Shown: one piece after another, positions 44,151 through 54,618 of the stretch
Layout of the letters: each line of letters begins with the position of its first letter
How positions within the stretch are numbered: position 1 is the first letter of the stretch
Source of the DNA: a virus
Taxonomy: Duplodnaviria > Heunggongvirae > Uroviricota > Caudoviricetes
DNA: 63,229 nt
IMG/VR virus record: IMGVR_UViG_3300012007_000011
Location: 64,155 to 127,383 of that record
Direction: 5' to 3' (one strand)
The notes under the pieces: generated by a model
Seen by the model: the letters and a program-made list of their open reading frames with translations, nothing else
The model's database searches: none
Told to the model about the DNA's origin: nothing
Position numbers and translations under genes: made by a program

Positions 44151-44282
44151 ATGGGATGTAATTGTGGTAAAAAAAGAGCAACGGCACAGCCTAAACAGAT
44201 TGTTAAACAACCGCAGGCAAAACAACAGCCAATCAATCAAAGAAGTGCTCTTAGAAGAGTAATCAGAAGAAGTGCCAATTAA
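44151..44282 (+). CDS. Small basic protein (43 aa), absent from ORF track
   Basis: MGCNCGKKRATAQPKQIVKQPQAKQQPINQRSALRRVIRRSAN; followed by a terminator hairpin. Confidence 0.6.
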   Translation: MGCNCGKKRATAQPKQIVKQPQAKQQPINQRSALRRVIRRSAN

Positions 44283-44417
44283 AATAAAAGAGTTAGTCGT
44301 TTTTGACTAACTCTTCTTTTTTTTGTTGTTTTAACCATTCATCTCTTTGACGTTTCATTTTTTCAAGTTCTTTTTGAATAATCTCACCCATATCATGAGA
44401 AAATGTTTCACCATTTC

Positions 44418-44822
44418 TTATTGTCTCATTATATATACCTTCAAAGAAATCCCATCCGTAGTTAATTTTTTTTTTCGCTCATTATATAGTTCCTTTTTAA
44501 TACCGGTTATTCGTTTAATTTCTTCTTTTAGTACTGATATATGCATTTCGGTATTTCTTAAATCTAATTCTAAATCACCTATTTTATTATCAATAAGACT
44601 TTTCAGACATTCTTTTGCTGTTTCTTCATCTTCATAGACATATTGATTGACAAATAGTTCACCGTTTGTTGTTACATTATCATCATACATTTCATATTTA
44701 ATGCGAGACATAAGGTAATTAGGGTTTTTTGCATCACCAAGATGTTTACATTTATAGACATTATAGCCAAATATTATATAAAATGTATCACCTTCTTTCA
44801 GATTATTGAGCCAAATCTTCAT
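44418..44822 (-). CDS. Hypothetical protein
   Basis: ORF after clpP. Confidence 0.6.
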   Translation of the reverse strand: MKIWLNNLKEGDTFYIIFGYNVYKCKHLGDAKNPNYLMSRIKYEMYDDNVTTNGELFVNQYVYEDEETAKECLKSLIDNKIGDLELDLRNTEMHISVLKEEIKRITGIKKELYNERKKKLTTDGISLKVYIMRQ

Positions 44823-44825
44823 TTT

Positions 44826-45512
44826 TTATGGTAGAACTTTATGTTTCTTATTCATTACAATAGAATCTACAAAACCATAATCAACCGCCTCTTGTGCTGT
44901 TAATATAGTATCTCTATCACACATTTTTTCTATTGTTTCATAATTCTGTCCACTATTTTCAGCAAGAACATGTTGCAATTCCTCTTTTAATATCTGTATT
45001 TCCTTTGCTTCAATCTGTATATCTGAACATTGTCCTTTTGTACCACCAAGGGGTTGATGAACCAAGAATCTTGAATGCGGAAGAATGAATCTTTTTCCCT
45101 TTGTTCCACTGCTTGCAATTACAGAAGCCATAGAAGCAACCATACCCATAGAAACAGTAGAGATTTCGGGTTTTATAAATTGCATTGTGTCAAGTATCTG
45201 GTATCCACTATATATGCTTCCACCAGGACTTGCAATGTGTATTGTTATATCTTTATCACTCTGTTGTTCCAACCACAATAATTGTGCCGATACTATATTT
45301 GCAACTTCATCGTTTATCTCACTTCCAATAAATATGATTCTATCAAGCATAAGTCTTGAAAAGACACTCAATGTTGTGATATTCATTGCACGTTCTTCTA
45401 TAACATATGGGTCAACATATGCCATTCTGTTATTATACTTATCATATTCATTTAGCAAATGACTTCCAATACCTTTACTCAATGCAAATTTTTCAAAATC
45501 AGTTTTTGCCAT
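44826..45512 (-). CDS. clpP: ATP-dependent Clp protease proteolytic subunit
   Basis: SVFSRLMLDRIIF, IASPGGS, GMVASMAS, RFLVHQPLGG, DRDTILTA. Confidence 0.95.
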   Translation of the reverse strand: MAKTDFEKFALSKGIGSHLLNEYDKYNNRMAYVDPYVIEERAMNITTLSVFSRLMLDRIIFIGSEINDEVANIVSAQLLWLEQQSDKDITIHIASPGGSIYSGYQILDTMQFIKPEISTVSMGMVASMASVIASSGTKGKRFILPHSRFLVHQPLGGTKGQCSDIQIEAKEIQILKEELQHVLAENSGQNYETIEKMCDRDTILTAQEAVDYGFVDSIVMNKKHKVLP

Positions 45513-45621
45513 TTTCTATTCTATCTTTTTCAATATTATAATAATTCTCGTCAATTTCGACACCTTTATCAATAAGTTGACGCATTATCTTGATACCGTC
45601 ATCATTATACAATTCAATCAT
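45499..45621 (-). pseudogene. Internally deleted N6/N4 DNA methyltransferase remnant (40 aa)
   Basis: MIELYNDDGIKIMRQLIDKGV (typical N-terminus) fused to EIDENYYNIEKDRIE (typical C-terminus). Confidence 0.5.
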
Positions 45622-46079
45622 TGTTTATCCTTTTTCTTATTTGCCTTTTCCAATTCTTTTTGTTCACGCTTTTCATCTTCAACTTGTTGAATTGCAAGGA
45701 CACCGGTTTCAGCGGCATTAATAAGGTCTTCACCATATTTCATTCTACCAGCAACAGTAACAACAATTTGTGGTGCTCCAATACTGATTTTATCCTTCTC
45801 ATCATCATAAAATACAACACCGAAAGCATCTGTTAACAATAAACGCTTAGTTCTTTCATCAAGACGGTCAAAGGCATCCTCATATATTGCACAGACTATT
45901 GTATCCGGACATTTTCCAACATACTCAGCAAGGGGATTTGCCTTAGATACTTTAATCAGTTCTTTTGCCTTTGACACACCAACCATTTTCAAATTCATAT
46001 AATTATGCATTCCTGTATCTTGGAAAACATCATTAACCAATGTTTGATTCTCATCTGTAAGTTCAAAAAATTTTGCCAT
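45618..46079 (-). CDS. Hypothetical protein, possible phage metallopeptidase-like
   Basis: KVSKANPLAEY...D..CAIYEDAF pattern; weak. Confidence 0.4.
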   Translation of the reverse strand: MAKFFELTDENQTLVNDVFQDTGMHNYMNLKMVGVSKAKELIKVSKANPLAEYVGKCPDTIVCAIYEDAFDRLDERTKRLLLTDAFGVVFYDDEKDKISIGAPQIVVTVAGRMKYGEDLINAAETGVLAIQQVEDEKREQKELEKANKKKDKQ

Positions 46080-46180
46080 TTTAATAAGTTTTAATATGTT
46101 ATTTTCGTTTGCAAATATAATACATTATTTCTATTTATCCAAATATTTATAGTTACAAAATAACGTAAAAATAAACAAAT

Positions 46181-47086
46181 ATGGGTTATGGTCCAAAACG
46201 GCTTGCTGAAATTGAAGCCGCAAGAAAAGCAAGAAAAGAAGAAAAAGCAAGATTAAAAAAGGAGAAAGAAAAAGAAAAAAAACGTATCAAAGCATTGGAA
46301 CGTAAAAAAAGACTTAAACGTTTAAATAATAAAAGAGCATATTTAAAACGAAGACAAGCACAACTTGACATGTTAAAAAAGACCGGAGACGAAGGTGGTT
46401 ATTATACAATAATAATAACGAAAAATAACAAAAAAATAAGGTCAATTGGCATGGAAAGATGGAAATTAAAAGCATATGAAACATATAATGATATAGTAGA
46501 AAAGAATCGTCAGAAAACAATTTTTCCAAAAACTATTATGACAAACAGGAAAAATGGTCTACATGAAGAACAATCAGCAAAATATGAAATTTTATTAGTT
46601 AAAAAGGTAAATGAGGGTGAAAATACTGAAAATTCGTTTAGAAATAAAGACGGTAAATTTACCAAAAACATAATTACAGATTGGAAAAATCATATTATTT
46701 TAGAAAAAAATGATTGGCTTGTTGAGGAAAAATTCGGTGTGTATGGTTATCACCCAGTAAAAGATAGAAAACCTTATACCTTTATTTTAAATGAATTACT
46801 GTTGAATAACGAAGATGTCGGGGAAGAAATGAGACGTGTAATGGTTTTTAAGAACAAATTAATAATCCAATATCTTGATGATTTTGATTTTGTCACTTGT
46901 TATAACAACAAGCAAGCAAAAACATTATACGACAAACTTGAAAAAGACATATCAAAACTTAATAAGAAATATATTGTATTTATGGGAGAAACAAAGGCAA
47001 CAAATATAAGAAGATGGTTAGATAAAATGGAAGATAAAACAGGATGGAAAAGAAACTCACTAATGCATAAAACAACAGCATATTAA
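46181..47086 (+). CDS. Hypothetical protein with basic N-terminus
   Basis: 301-aa ORF with TATTTATA upstream. Confidence 0.7.
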   Translation: MGYGPKRLAEIEAARKARKEEKARLKKEKEKEKKRIKALERKKRLKRLNNKRAYLKRRQAQLDMLKKTGDEGGYYTIIITKNNKKIRSIGMERWKLKAYETYNDIVEKNRQKTIFPKTIMTNRKNGLHEEQSAKYEILLVKKVNEGENTENSFRNKDGKFTKNIITDWKNHIILEKNDWLVEEKFGVYGYHPVKDRKPYTFILNELLLNNEDVGEEMRRVMVFKNKLIIQYLDDFDFVTCYNNKQAKTLYDKLEKDISKLNKKYIVFMGETKATNIRRWLDKMEDKTGWKRNSLMHKTTAY

Positions 47087-47106
47087 AAGGCTGAACTAAT
47101 CAGCCT

Positions 47107-47376
47107 TTAATTCTGTTCTTCATTTTCCTTTTGTATCTCCGACAAAATTCTAAACTTTATGCCATTTATGTTTGCGTTTACAACATCTGAATGCACGAAT
47201 CCTTCATATGACTTATTATGTGTCAAAAAATAGAACTCTTTATCAATGCCATAAAATGTTGTCGGACTAAACAACATTGTTATTTCCATTTTATCTACCA
47301 CTTCACTTGGTAAATTTTCATTTTTAATATTATGTTGTATTATCTCAGATAATTTATATAAGTGTCTTAATTCCAT
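47107..47376 (-). CDS. Hypothetical protein
   Basis: ORF in operon. Confidence 0.6.
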   Translation of the reverse strand: MELRHLYKLSEIIQHNIKNENLPSEVVDKMEITMLFSPTTFYGIDKEFYFLTHNKSYEGFVHSDVVNANINGIKFRILSEIQKENEEQN

Positions 47377-47377
47377 G

Positions 47378-47623
47378 TTATAATCCTAATACATTATTTA
47401 TTTTATTAAAAAATTCCTTAATTTTCATAGAAAATGGCTTTTTAAGTTTTATTGGTTTGTTCAATTCTTTGAAATCCATTTTCATTTCATCGCCAAAAGT
47501 GTTTTTTAATTCATTTATAAATTTATCTTTTGCTGAATTAAGTTCTTGTTTAACTATAATTTCATCCGTCTTGTTTTTTGCTATCTCTAATGCAATTTCC
47601 TTATCATTCGTCATTATCCTCAT
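47378..47623 (-). CDS. Hypothetical protein
   Basis: ORF in operon. Confidence 0.55.
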   Translation of the reverse strand: MRIMTNDKEIALEIAKNKTDEIIVKQELNSAKDKFINELKNTFGDEMKMDFKELNKPIKLKKPFSMKIKEFFNKINNVLGL

Positions 47624-47984
47624 TATTAGTTGAATTATTAACCAAATAGTCTTCTATACGGAACAACATCCAAGTTATACCTGAGCCATATAGTCCATCA
47701 AGCAAAATTATAAGCCACCATAACCCTTTGCCACCTAATATTAGATTAAACGGTGTAAATGCGATTGACGGTAAAACAATTAAATTTAAAGCAGAAATGA
47801 AGAATGATACCCATGTGGAAGTACAGGCTTCACAACTCACTAATTCTGCTAATTGGTCACTTGTTTTTTGCATTAAGTGTCTGAATTTTTCAAATATATG
47901 AAACGGTCCGTTAAGATATACAATCATTTGTGTGGCAGAATAACATATAAATGAAAAAAGAAACAATATAAAAATATAATACAT
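47604..47984 (-). CDS. DUF1360-like membrane protein
   Basis: GPFHIFEKFR..ELVSCEACTSTWVS with transmembrane segments. Confidence 0.6.
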   Translation of the reverse strand: MYYIFILFLFSFICYSATQMIVYLNGPFHIFEKFRHLMQKTSDQLAELVSCEACTSTWVSFFISALNLIVLPSIAFTPFNLILGGKGLWWLIILLDGLYGSGITWMLFRIEDYLVNNSTNNEDNDE

Positions 47985-48004
47985 TATTTTTTTAATTTAA
48001 TTAA

Positions 48005-48634
48005 TTATTTTCGCTCTAACTCTTCAAAATAATCATTTGACATAACTACAACATCATCATTTTTATCATAATCAGTTGTTTCAATGTGGTTTAAATCGTT
48101 CTCGACTATTTCTTTTGCTTTATCTTTTGTTTCTTGTATCTCTGTTTTTGGTTTTTTCTTTGTTGTGTTTCTTTTTGGCTTCTCTTGTGTTTTCTTTTTA
48201 GGTTTTTTAACTGTTTTCTTTTTGGATTCCTTCTTTGTTATTTTAAACTCTATGGTTTTAAGCGTTTCATAGTCTTCATTAGAAAAAATTTCTTGTAATT
48301 CTTCAGTTTTTTCTCTAAACAATATTAACTTCTTTTGTAAATCCAAATTATATTCAATAGTTGCATCAATAATATTGAATAAATCATCCATTTTGACATT
48401 ATCAGCAGATGCTATATAATGATGAAATCCGTTTTTTTCTTGTATGTAAATGTTTTCGTTATCTGAATCAAGAATAGACCATCCATCATCATATTTTAAG
48501 GCGATATGGTAATATCCTTGTTTTATTTCAAACGAAACATCATAATCGTTTAATTTCTTCAATCTATTTTCCCAATCCATAACTAAAACATCTAAACTAA
48601 AATTATTGTCAATATATAAGAAATTGAAGCCCAC
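48005..48634 (-). CDS. Hypothetical protein
   Basis: Probable start MDWENR; Lys-rich linker. Confidence 0.6.
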   Translation of the reverse strand: MGFNFLYIDNNFSLDVLVMDWENRLKKLNDYDVSFEIKQGYYHIALKYDDGWSILDSDNENIYIQEKNGFHHYIASADNVKMDDLFNIIDATIEYNLDLQKKLILFREKTEELQEIFSNEDYETLKTIEFKITKKESKKKTVKKPKKKTQEKPKRNTTKKKPKTEIQETKDKAKEIVENDLNHIETTDYDKNDDVVVMSNDYFEELERK

Positions 48635-48780
48635 AAGCCAAACATTCTAAGATTGCTAATTTCATATCTCTCAACACGTCTATAACATTGATAAAAATAA
48701 TATATTTCCCTTAAAACATTAAGAGAAGTGAAACATAGGATGAAAATCAAAAGTCCATTTATAAGTAAACTCATAATCAT
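48592..48780 (-). CDS. Small membrane protein
   Basis: Two transmembrane segments. Confidence 0.55.
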   Translation of the reverse strand: MIMSLLINGLLIFILCFTSLNVLREIYYFYQCYRRVERYEISNLRMFGLWASISYILTIILV

Positions 48781-48882
48781 TATTAATATTATTATTTACA
48801 TAAAAATAATAAAAAACTCCCCCACTTTCAAGAAAAAAGGGAGGGAGAAACGTAAAAATTATGAATAGGAAAAAGAAGAAAT

Positions 48883-49572
48883 CTATTTAAACTGATAACC
48901 AACACCTACACCGACATAAGTGTCTACTTTTCGGTTAATCATACCATATCCAACACCTATTTGTGGACTTATAGTAAACCTTTGATACCACTTCTTTGTA
49001 TCTTTTCTGTGCCACATTGTTGTACTCTCAATTGTGGCATTGTCTGAATGATTAATAAATGTTTGGTTAACACCGTTCTTTTCACGGTTAATAATCATAA
49101 ATTGGTCATTAATAGTAAAATCGGCCTTACACCACTGTAACTCTTTTGCTTTAATATCTATATCTAAATTAACGGTGTCATTATTCTGTGTATAATGATA
49201 AATCGAATCAACACTTTCATAAACTTTATTGTTCTCAGCGACTACTCTTATAGTATCTCTTTGGACAACGAACTTATCAACCATGATTGTATCTGTTACA
49301 TAATGTTCACGAAATTTGATAACCATTCCGCTTTCAACATCATTCAATTTTTTAATTGAATCATATAATTCTCTGTTTTCACGCTTTAACTTATCCAAAC
49401 GTTGACTTTCATAAATTCTCACATATGTGTTTTCTTTATTATATTCAGCACTTGTCACTAAATCTTTTTTTGCTTGCTGATAATGTACACCTTGTATAAC
49501 AAGCATTGCAATGAGACCAATAATGAAAATCCATTGGATAATATCAATTGTTTTCTGTGTGAACCATTTCAT
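48883..49572 (-). CDS. Membrane-anchored protein, possible spanin-like lysis protein
   Basis: N-terminal TM, coiled coil, C-terminal beta hairpin GVGYG...YVGVGVGYQF. Confidence 0.45.
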   Translation of the reverse strand: MKWFTQKTIDIIQWIFIIGLIAMLVIQGVHYQQAKKDLVTSAEYNKENTYVRIYESQRLDKLKRENRELYDSIKKLNDVESGMVIKFREHYVTDTIMVDKFVVQRDTIRVVAENNKVYESVDSIYHYTQNNDTVNLDIDIKAKELQWCKADFTINDQFMIINREKNGVNQTFINHSDNATIESTTMWHRKDTKKWYQRFTISPQIGVGYGMINRKVDTYVGVGVGYQFK

Positions 49573-49576
49573 AGTA

Positions 49577-50305
49577 CTATATTGTTGATGTGTCTTTATT
49601 CAAAAGTTTAGAAAGTTTTTGAACTGCATGAAGAATGAACTCCATTTGTTCCTTGTTACCAAAATCATGTTTTTCATCATCATAATAGATAAAGCCAAAA
49701 TAACCAATTTCATAGTTATCTGACCTAATCGTTGTCATTACGATATATGTTGCGCCATTATGCTGTAATCTTCCACCCATTTTTGGGTCAAATTTAACAA
49801 ATTCATCAATTGTTCCATACCATAATTCATGTTTGTGTAAATATTCTGAGAACACAAATCTTGTAAGTGAAATATTTTGGTAATCTTCATCTACCGGTTC
49901 AATATTTCTACCAACCGCTTCATATGTCATGCTTGCATGAATAAATGGAAGTCCTGCTGTGTTATTAGAACCATTATGCAATTCAATAACAAAAGCCCTT
50001 CCACACCCCATTTCAATCAACGTATTATTAAGCACTTCCATAACATAAGGTTTTATGTTTCTTCTTTGCTCAATTTTCTCGTTATGTTCTAAAAACATTT
50101 GTTGGTTATTTTCTTGTAAAACCTCAACCATTACCTCTTTTTGGCGTTCAAATGAATATGATTCTCCAAAATTCTTTGCCAAAAAAAGTATTGCTACAGC
50201 AAACGCCACAAATAAGACAAGTTTAGTTAAATTCCAATAACCATGTTTGTCTTTAAATTTCATGAGACGTTCCCAAAACCCCAATGTTTCTCTTTCAAGT
50301 GCCAT
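49577..50305 (-). CDS. TM plus GAF-like domain protein, possible T4-T-type holin
   Basis: Single TM then GCGRAFVIELHNG...SMTYE...IGYFGFIY. Confidence 0.45.
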   Translation of the reverse strand: MALERETLGFWERLMKFKDKHGYWNLTKLVLFVAFAVAILFLAKNFGESYSFERQKEVMVEVLQENNQQMFLEHNEKIEQRRNIKPYVMEVLNNTLIEMGCGRAFVIELHNGSNNTAGLPFIHASMTYEAVGRNIEPVDEDYQNISLTRFVFSEYLHKHELWYGTIDEFVKFDPKMGGRLQHNGATYIVMTTIRSDNYEIGYFGFIYYDDEKHDFGNKEQMEFILHAVQKLSKLLNKDTSTI

Positions 50306-50380
50306 TTAATAAAATAAGTTGTTAATGTTCTTATATATTTTAAATCCCACAAGACTTATAAAGCCTCATGTGGGATTATA

Positions 50381-51274
50381 TTAGTTTTTCTTTGTATCTT
50401 GTTTAACAAATAATTTCTCTTTACTTTCAGAAATCATCTTGCCAACCATTTCATTTTCGTATTTTCCAGAATTTTGATTATTGTTTTCACTTTTATAACC
50501 ATATAATTCTTTCATACGGTTGAAGGTTTCATTAATTTTTTCCTTATTTCTATAGTCGATAACATTTGTATGTATTACGTCATTAAGCACTTTGTCTTTA
50601 ACACATTCAATAAGATATTCATTACCGGCAGAATCTTTCATCAAAAACTTATTGCCATCAATCTTCATATCATCAGGAATTTTCTTAATCATTTGTTCTT
50701 CATTAAGAAATATTGTTTTATTAAAGTGTAATCTCTTCATTTTACTCTCGTTTTGTTTAAATAATGTTTTATCTTTAAATTCTTTGTCGAAATCTTTATC
50801 TTTCGCTAATTCCTTTGACTGTAAACCAGAAGTTTTCAGTTCATATTTTCTATCAGCACGTTTTTGTGCAATTTCTTGTCTTGTTTTATAAAATTCTTTG
50901 TTTCCTTCAAAATCAAGACCTTTGTTTTCGTCTTCAATCTTAGTGTTTTTTGCATTTTCGGCTGAAAATTTGCCTTCAACTTCTGCTTTAACTTTTGCCT
51001 TATAAGAATCATTTGGCTCAAAGTCAAAATCAACATCGAGAGTTGTCTTATTAAAATCATCGGTATCACGTGGGTCTTCTCTCTTTGGATTGTTTTGAAT
51101 ACCACCGTCATACTTTTGGTCAAGAATATCCTTCACAGCCTTTCCGTTGTTTTTCTTGTCCTCATTATCAACATTTTCACCTTTTTTGGCGTTGAACTCT
51201 TGTTTAGACTGTTGACTTTCCCTGAGAACTCTGCAAAATTCGCTGAGATTATAAACTTTATTCTTTTCTAACAT
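50381..51274 (-). CDS. Hypothetical, probable virion protein
   Basis: xLxE motifs; late-type operon. Confidence 0.6.
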   Translation of the reverse strand: MLEKNKVYNLSEFCRVLRESQQSKQEFNAKKGENVDNEDKKNNGKAVKDILDQKYDGGIQNNPKREDPRDTDDFNKTTLDVDFDFEPNDSYKAKVKAEVEGKFSAENAKNTKIEDENKGLDFEGNKEFYKTRQEIAQKRADRKYELKTSGLQSKELAKDKDFDKEFKDKTLFKQNESKMKRLHFNKTIFLNEEQMIKKIPDDMKIDGNKFLMKDSAGNEYLIECVKDKVLNDVIHTNVIDYRNKEKINETFNRMKELYGYKSENNNQNSGKYENEMVGKMISESKEKLFVKQDTKKN

Positions 51275-51297
51275 TTCTATTATTGTTTATTTTTTAT

Positions 51298-51501
51298 TCA
51301 AAAGTAAAAATTTCTATTATTAAATAATGTATTCAACTTCAAACCTTGAATCATTTGAGCATACATTAGTCTTAATTCTTTTTCTTTGTCTCGCTCACCT
51401 TTATCTTTATTTTGCTCTTCTTCAAGTTTTGACGAAATTTCTGCAAGTTTGTTATATATCACATCCTTGTCAAAATCATTATTATAATTGAATTGATTCA
51501 T
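51298..51501 (-). CDS. Hypothetical protein
   Basis: GATATTTATATA upstream. Confidence 0.55.
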   Translation of the reverse strand: MNQFNYNNDFDKDVIYNKLAEISSKLEEEQNKDKGERDKEKELRLMYAQMIQGLKLNTLFNNRNFYF

Positions 51502-51540
51502 TTCTATATATAAATATCCTTAATAAATACAAAATTCAAA

Positions 51541-52689
51541 TTATTTTGGTATTTGTCTCCTTATTACTGGTGACATTGGTGCAATAAATGTCCCACCTGC
51601 TGCACCAGTTGGTCCGCAACCTGTTGCTTCATCAACTTCAGTGTTTTCGGTTTTTCTTTGCGGAAGATTCTTTTGAAACATTTTAATATATAGTTTTTTT
51701 AACTTCCTATCAAAATTTTTCTTCGCACACATATAATCTGGTTTATCACCGCCTTCAGAACGTTTAAAATCAGGACGCTCAAATGACACTTTCATTGTTG
51801 CTGTTTTTGGGTTGCCATTTTCATCACGGTCTGATATTTTTTGTTTCCTTTTCAATATCGGGTCTTTTCCCCCCAATAAGTATGTAAGTAAGGATGAACG
51901 GTTATAACCTTTCTGTGCAAAAATAAACGGTACTTTTGCATTAACCGGGTCTTGTAATAATTGAGATATAAACAATTTGATATTATCAAAGAATTTTTGT
52001 TCCGTCATTTTAAGATTATCTTCAATTTTTGATAAATCTGTCTCATTTATAATGATAACATGATTTCTATTTTCATTAACATTTGGAATTATTCTCCACA
52101 AATCTGTATCAAGTTTATATCTTCCCTTTATTAACCCCTTTATTACTTTATCAGTATGTATTTTTTTAATATCAGCATACTTTTTAATTGCTTGCATGGC
52201 AAAAGTTAAAAAATGATTGTCTTCATTTGGATAAAGTTCTCTGACTTTTTCGCCAAAATCAAGCATTTTGTCTTCACTGCGTTGGAAATTTTTATTAATT
52301 TGTCCATCCTGTCTAAAAATTTTAGGGTTGCGTGGTAAATGTTGTCCCTTTAAAGGTAATTCTTCATTAGGTTTATAACCTCTTAGTTCCAAAACGCCAT
52401 TTTCATTGCGTCTTATATCAATGTTACCAAGGTCTTCTTGATTATAAACTTGTGTACGGCCGAAAACTTTCTTTTTCGCTGTTAAATGGTCAACAATCTT
52501 TGCCATTTCTTGTATTGAACCATTAGCAGCATTACATATACATGTTAACATTTCATTTAAAGAAAAATCTTTCATTTTAAGATTTTTCCAGTCTACTAAA
52601 GCAAAGCATTTATTTCTATACTTTGTTTTAAATTCCTTGATTTTATCTTCAACATTAAACATTTTTAAGTTCTCCTTTCCAAAATCCAC
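51541..52689 (-). CDS. Hypothetical, probable virion protein
   Basis: 382-aa ORF with C-terminal VDEATGCG..GGTFIAP. Confidence 0.6.
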   Translation of the reverse strand: MDFGKENLKMFNVEDKIKEFKTKYRNKCFALVDWKNLKMKDFSLNEMLTCICNAANGSIQEMAKIVDHLTAKKKVFGRTQVYNQEDLGNIDIRRNENGVLELRGYKPNEELPLKGQHLPRNPKIFRQDGQINKNFQRSEDKMLDFGEKVRELYPNEDNHFLTFAMQAIKKYADIKKIHTDKVIKGLIKGRYKLDTDLWRIIPNVNENRNHVIIINETDLSKIEDNLKMTEQKFFDNIKLFISQLLQDPVNAKVPFIFAQKGYNRSSLLTYLLGGKDPILKRKQKISDRDENGNPKTATMKVSFERPDFKRSEGGDKPDYMCAKKNFDRKLKKLYIKMFQKNLPQRKTENTEVDEATGCGPTGAAGGTFIAPMSPVIRRQIPK

Positions 52690-52912
52690 GTTTATTATAC
52701 ATCATCCTAAAAAATTTTTCCATTGCGTCAGTTGTGATTTCTCTAACACGTTTCTCAAATTCCTTTTCTTTAATATATTCAGAAACCTTGCTATCTATCA
52801 TACTGCGTATTTCATTTTTTGTAATCTCTTCAGTCAATCTATTCATTGCAATATCAAATTGTACTTTAAATATAAATATCAAAAAAATGGAAGAATAATG
52901 AACTTCTTCCAT
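52655..52912 (-). CDS. Hypothetical protein
   Basis: Probable start MNRLTEE downstream of a TATTTATA motif. Confidence 0.55.
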   Translation of the reverse strand: MEEVHYSSIFLIFIFKVQFDIAMNRLTEEITKNEIRSMIDSKVSEYIKEKEFEKRVREITTDAMEKFFRMMYNKRGFWKGELKNV

Positions 52913-52940
52913 TTGTAAAACATTAGTTTTTCCTAAACTA

Positions 52941-53348
52941 TTATTCGTTCTTCATATTCATTGGTTTTTTATCTGATAAACCATTGATTTCCTGTTTCCA
53001 ATTTTTATATACACCATACATTCTTGTTATGGTAGTAAGATTTTCATCATTTAATTTAACTTGTCCATCACCACTCCAAAAATTACAGCCATTTTTATAT
53101 GAAAACTGAAATTTTGCATCATTTAATGAAGGAATTATTCCAGAAAGAGTTATATCTCCATCCTGTCTATAATAAAACATTGGTGTTTTTATAGAAGAAA
53201 AATCTGCACCGAATGCCTCAGTCGCTGATTGCATACTTGTTTGCAGAATTTCATCTTGCTGTGTATAAGGTACACCATTTTGTTTTTCTTCTGTTTCGTT
53301 CAAAGCATCTCTAAAACGTTTAAAAACATCTCTAATATCATTACTCAT
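52941..53348 (-). CDS. Hypothetical protein
   Basis: ORF in operon. Confidence 0.6.
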   Translation of the reverse strand: MSNDIRDVFKRFRDALNETEEKQNGVPYTQQDEILQTSMQSATEAFGADFSSIKTPMFYYRQDGDITLSGIIPSLNDAKFQFSYKNGCNFWSGDGQVKLNDENLTTITRMYGVYKNWKQEINGLSDKKPMNMKNE

Positions 53349-53360
53349 AATAAATTCATA

Positions 53361-53879
53361 TTAACAACTGAAACCATAACCCATCCAAGTGTGACCAAAC
53401 ATTTCTTCGTAAGTCATGCGTTTGCTTTTATTTTCTTTTTTTGGTTCTTCTTTGATTTCCTCTTCTTGAACTAATTCCTCTGTTTGTTTTTCCTCAACCT
53501 GTTGAATCTCATCTTCTTCATTTACTGAAACAACCTCATCAACAGTTTCTTCGTTTTCATTTAACGTTTCTACTATATCATTTGTTTCTTGTTTTTCTGT
53601 TTCAATTAAAGTTGTATTTTCAGCAATAAGATTTATATCAAATGATGACTCTTTTAGATTTTCTTTTTCTTCTACATCGTCAATTGTATCTGTGGTATTT
53701 TCATTGTTTAATACCAAATTCTTCATATCTTCAAACATTGCATCAATGTTGTTAATATCAATGTCATTTTCTACTTTTTTAGGTTTCTGTGGTTTTGTTT
53801 GTTTTTTCCTTGACATAAACTTTTGTTTTTTAAAACTTATTCTTTTATAAATATAGAAAGAAAGAAAATATGTTTTCAA
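53361..53879 (-). CDS. Hypothetical acidic protein
   Basis: Probable start MSRKKQ. Confidence 0.6.
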   Translation of the reverse strand: MKTYFLSFYIYKRISFKKQKFMSRKKQTKPQKPKKVENDIDINNIDAMFEDMKNLVLNNENTTDTIDDVEEKENLKESSFDINLIAENTTLIETEKQETNDIVETLNENEETVDEVVSVNEEDEIQQVEEKQTEELVQEEEIKEEPKKENKSKRMTYEEMFGHTWMGYGFSC

Positions 53880-53882
53880 AAA

Positions 53883-54593
53883 TTATCTTAATTCCCGATA
53901 AGTTTCATATTCATTAGAACATAATGCCTCACATTTTAATTTAACTAATGCATCGTCTTTTATCTGTCGCACTCTCTCTTTTGTTAAAGACATTTCTTTA
54001 CTGATTTCATCCAAATTCATTTCTTTTGAATTTTCACCAAGTCCATAAAACAATATTATAATCTTTTTTTCACGTTCTTCAAGACATTTGATTAAATCTT
54101 CTATTGCACTTTGTCTGCTTTGCAGATTGTTCATTTTTTTCTCAAATTCCTCATTGACCTCATCATATAGGTAATCTTTTTCAGAAAGTTTCAAAATCTG
54201 ACTATCTTCAGTTACATTATATTCTATTCCATCTTTATAATGTTCTATACACTCATTAATGCAGGCTTTTATCCACCATACTGCGTATGACGAAAACTTT
54301 ATATTTCTAGTTGGGTCGAACTTTTTGGCTGCTTTTATCAAACCTATATTACCCTCAGATATTAAATCTGCAAACGATACATCTGTTTTACTTCTGTATT
54401 TTTTAGCAACACTAATAACGAATCTCAAATTATGTTTTACAAGTTTATCAAGTGCATTTTTGTCACCTTCTTTAATTCTATACCCTAATTTTATTTCTTC
54501 TTCACGTGTCAGACGCTTATTATATTTTTTAACATCTTCGAAATATTGGTCTAATCCCTCTATATACTCATATTTTTTAACTTCATTCGGCAT
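53883..54593 (-). CDS. Second sigma-70 family sigma factor
   Basis: LVKHNLRFVISVAKKY, DLISEGNIGLIKAAKKFD, FSSYAVWWIK, TKERVRQI. Confidence 0.9.
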   Translation of the reverse strand: MPNEVKKYEYIEGLDQYFEDVKKYNKRLTREEEIKLGYRIKEGDKNALDKLVKHNLRFVISVAKKYRSKTDVSFADLISEGNIGLIKAAKKFDPTRNIKFSSYAVWWIKACINECIEHYKDGIEYNVTEDSQILKLSEKDYLYDEVNEEFEKKMNNLQSRQSAIEDLIKCLEEREKKIIILFYGLGENSKEMNLDEISKEMSLTKERVRQIKDDALVKLKCEALCSNEYETYRELR

Positions 54594-54618
54594 TTGTTTT
54601 TAAATTGTTAATACTATT

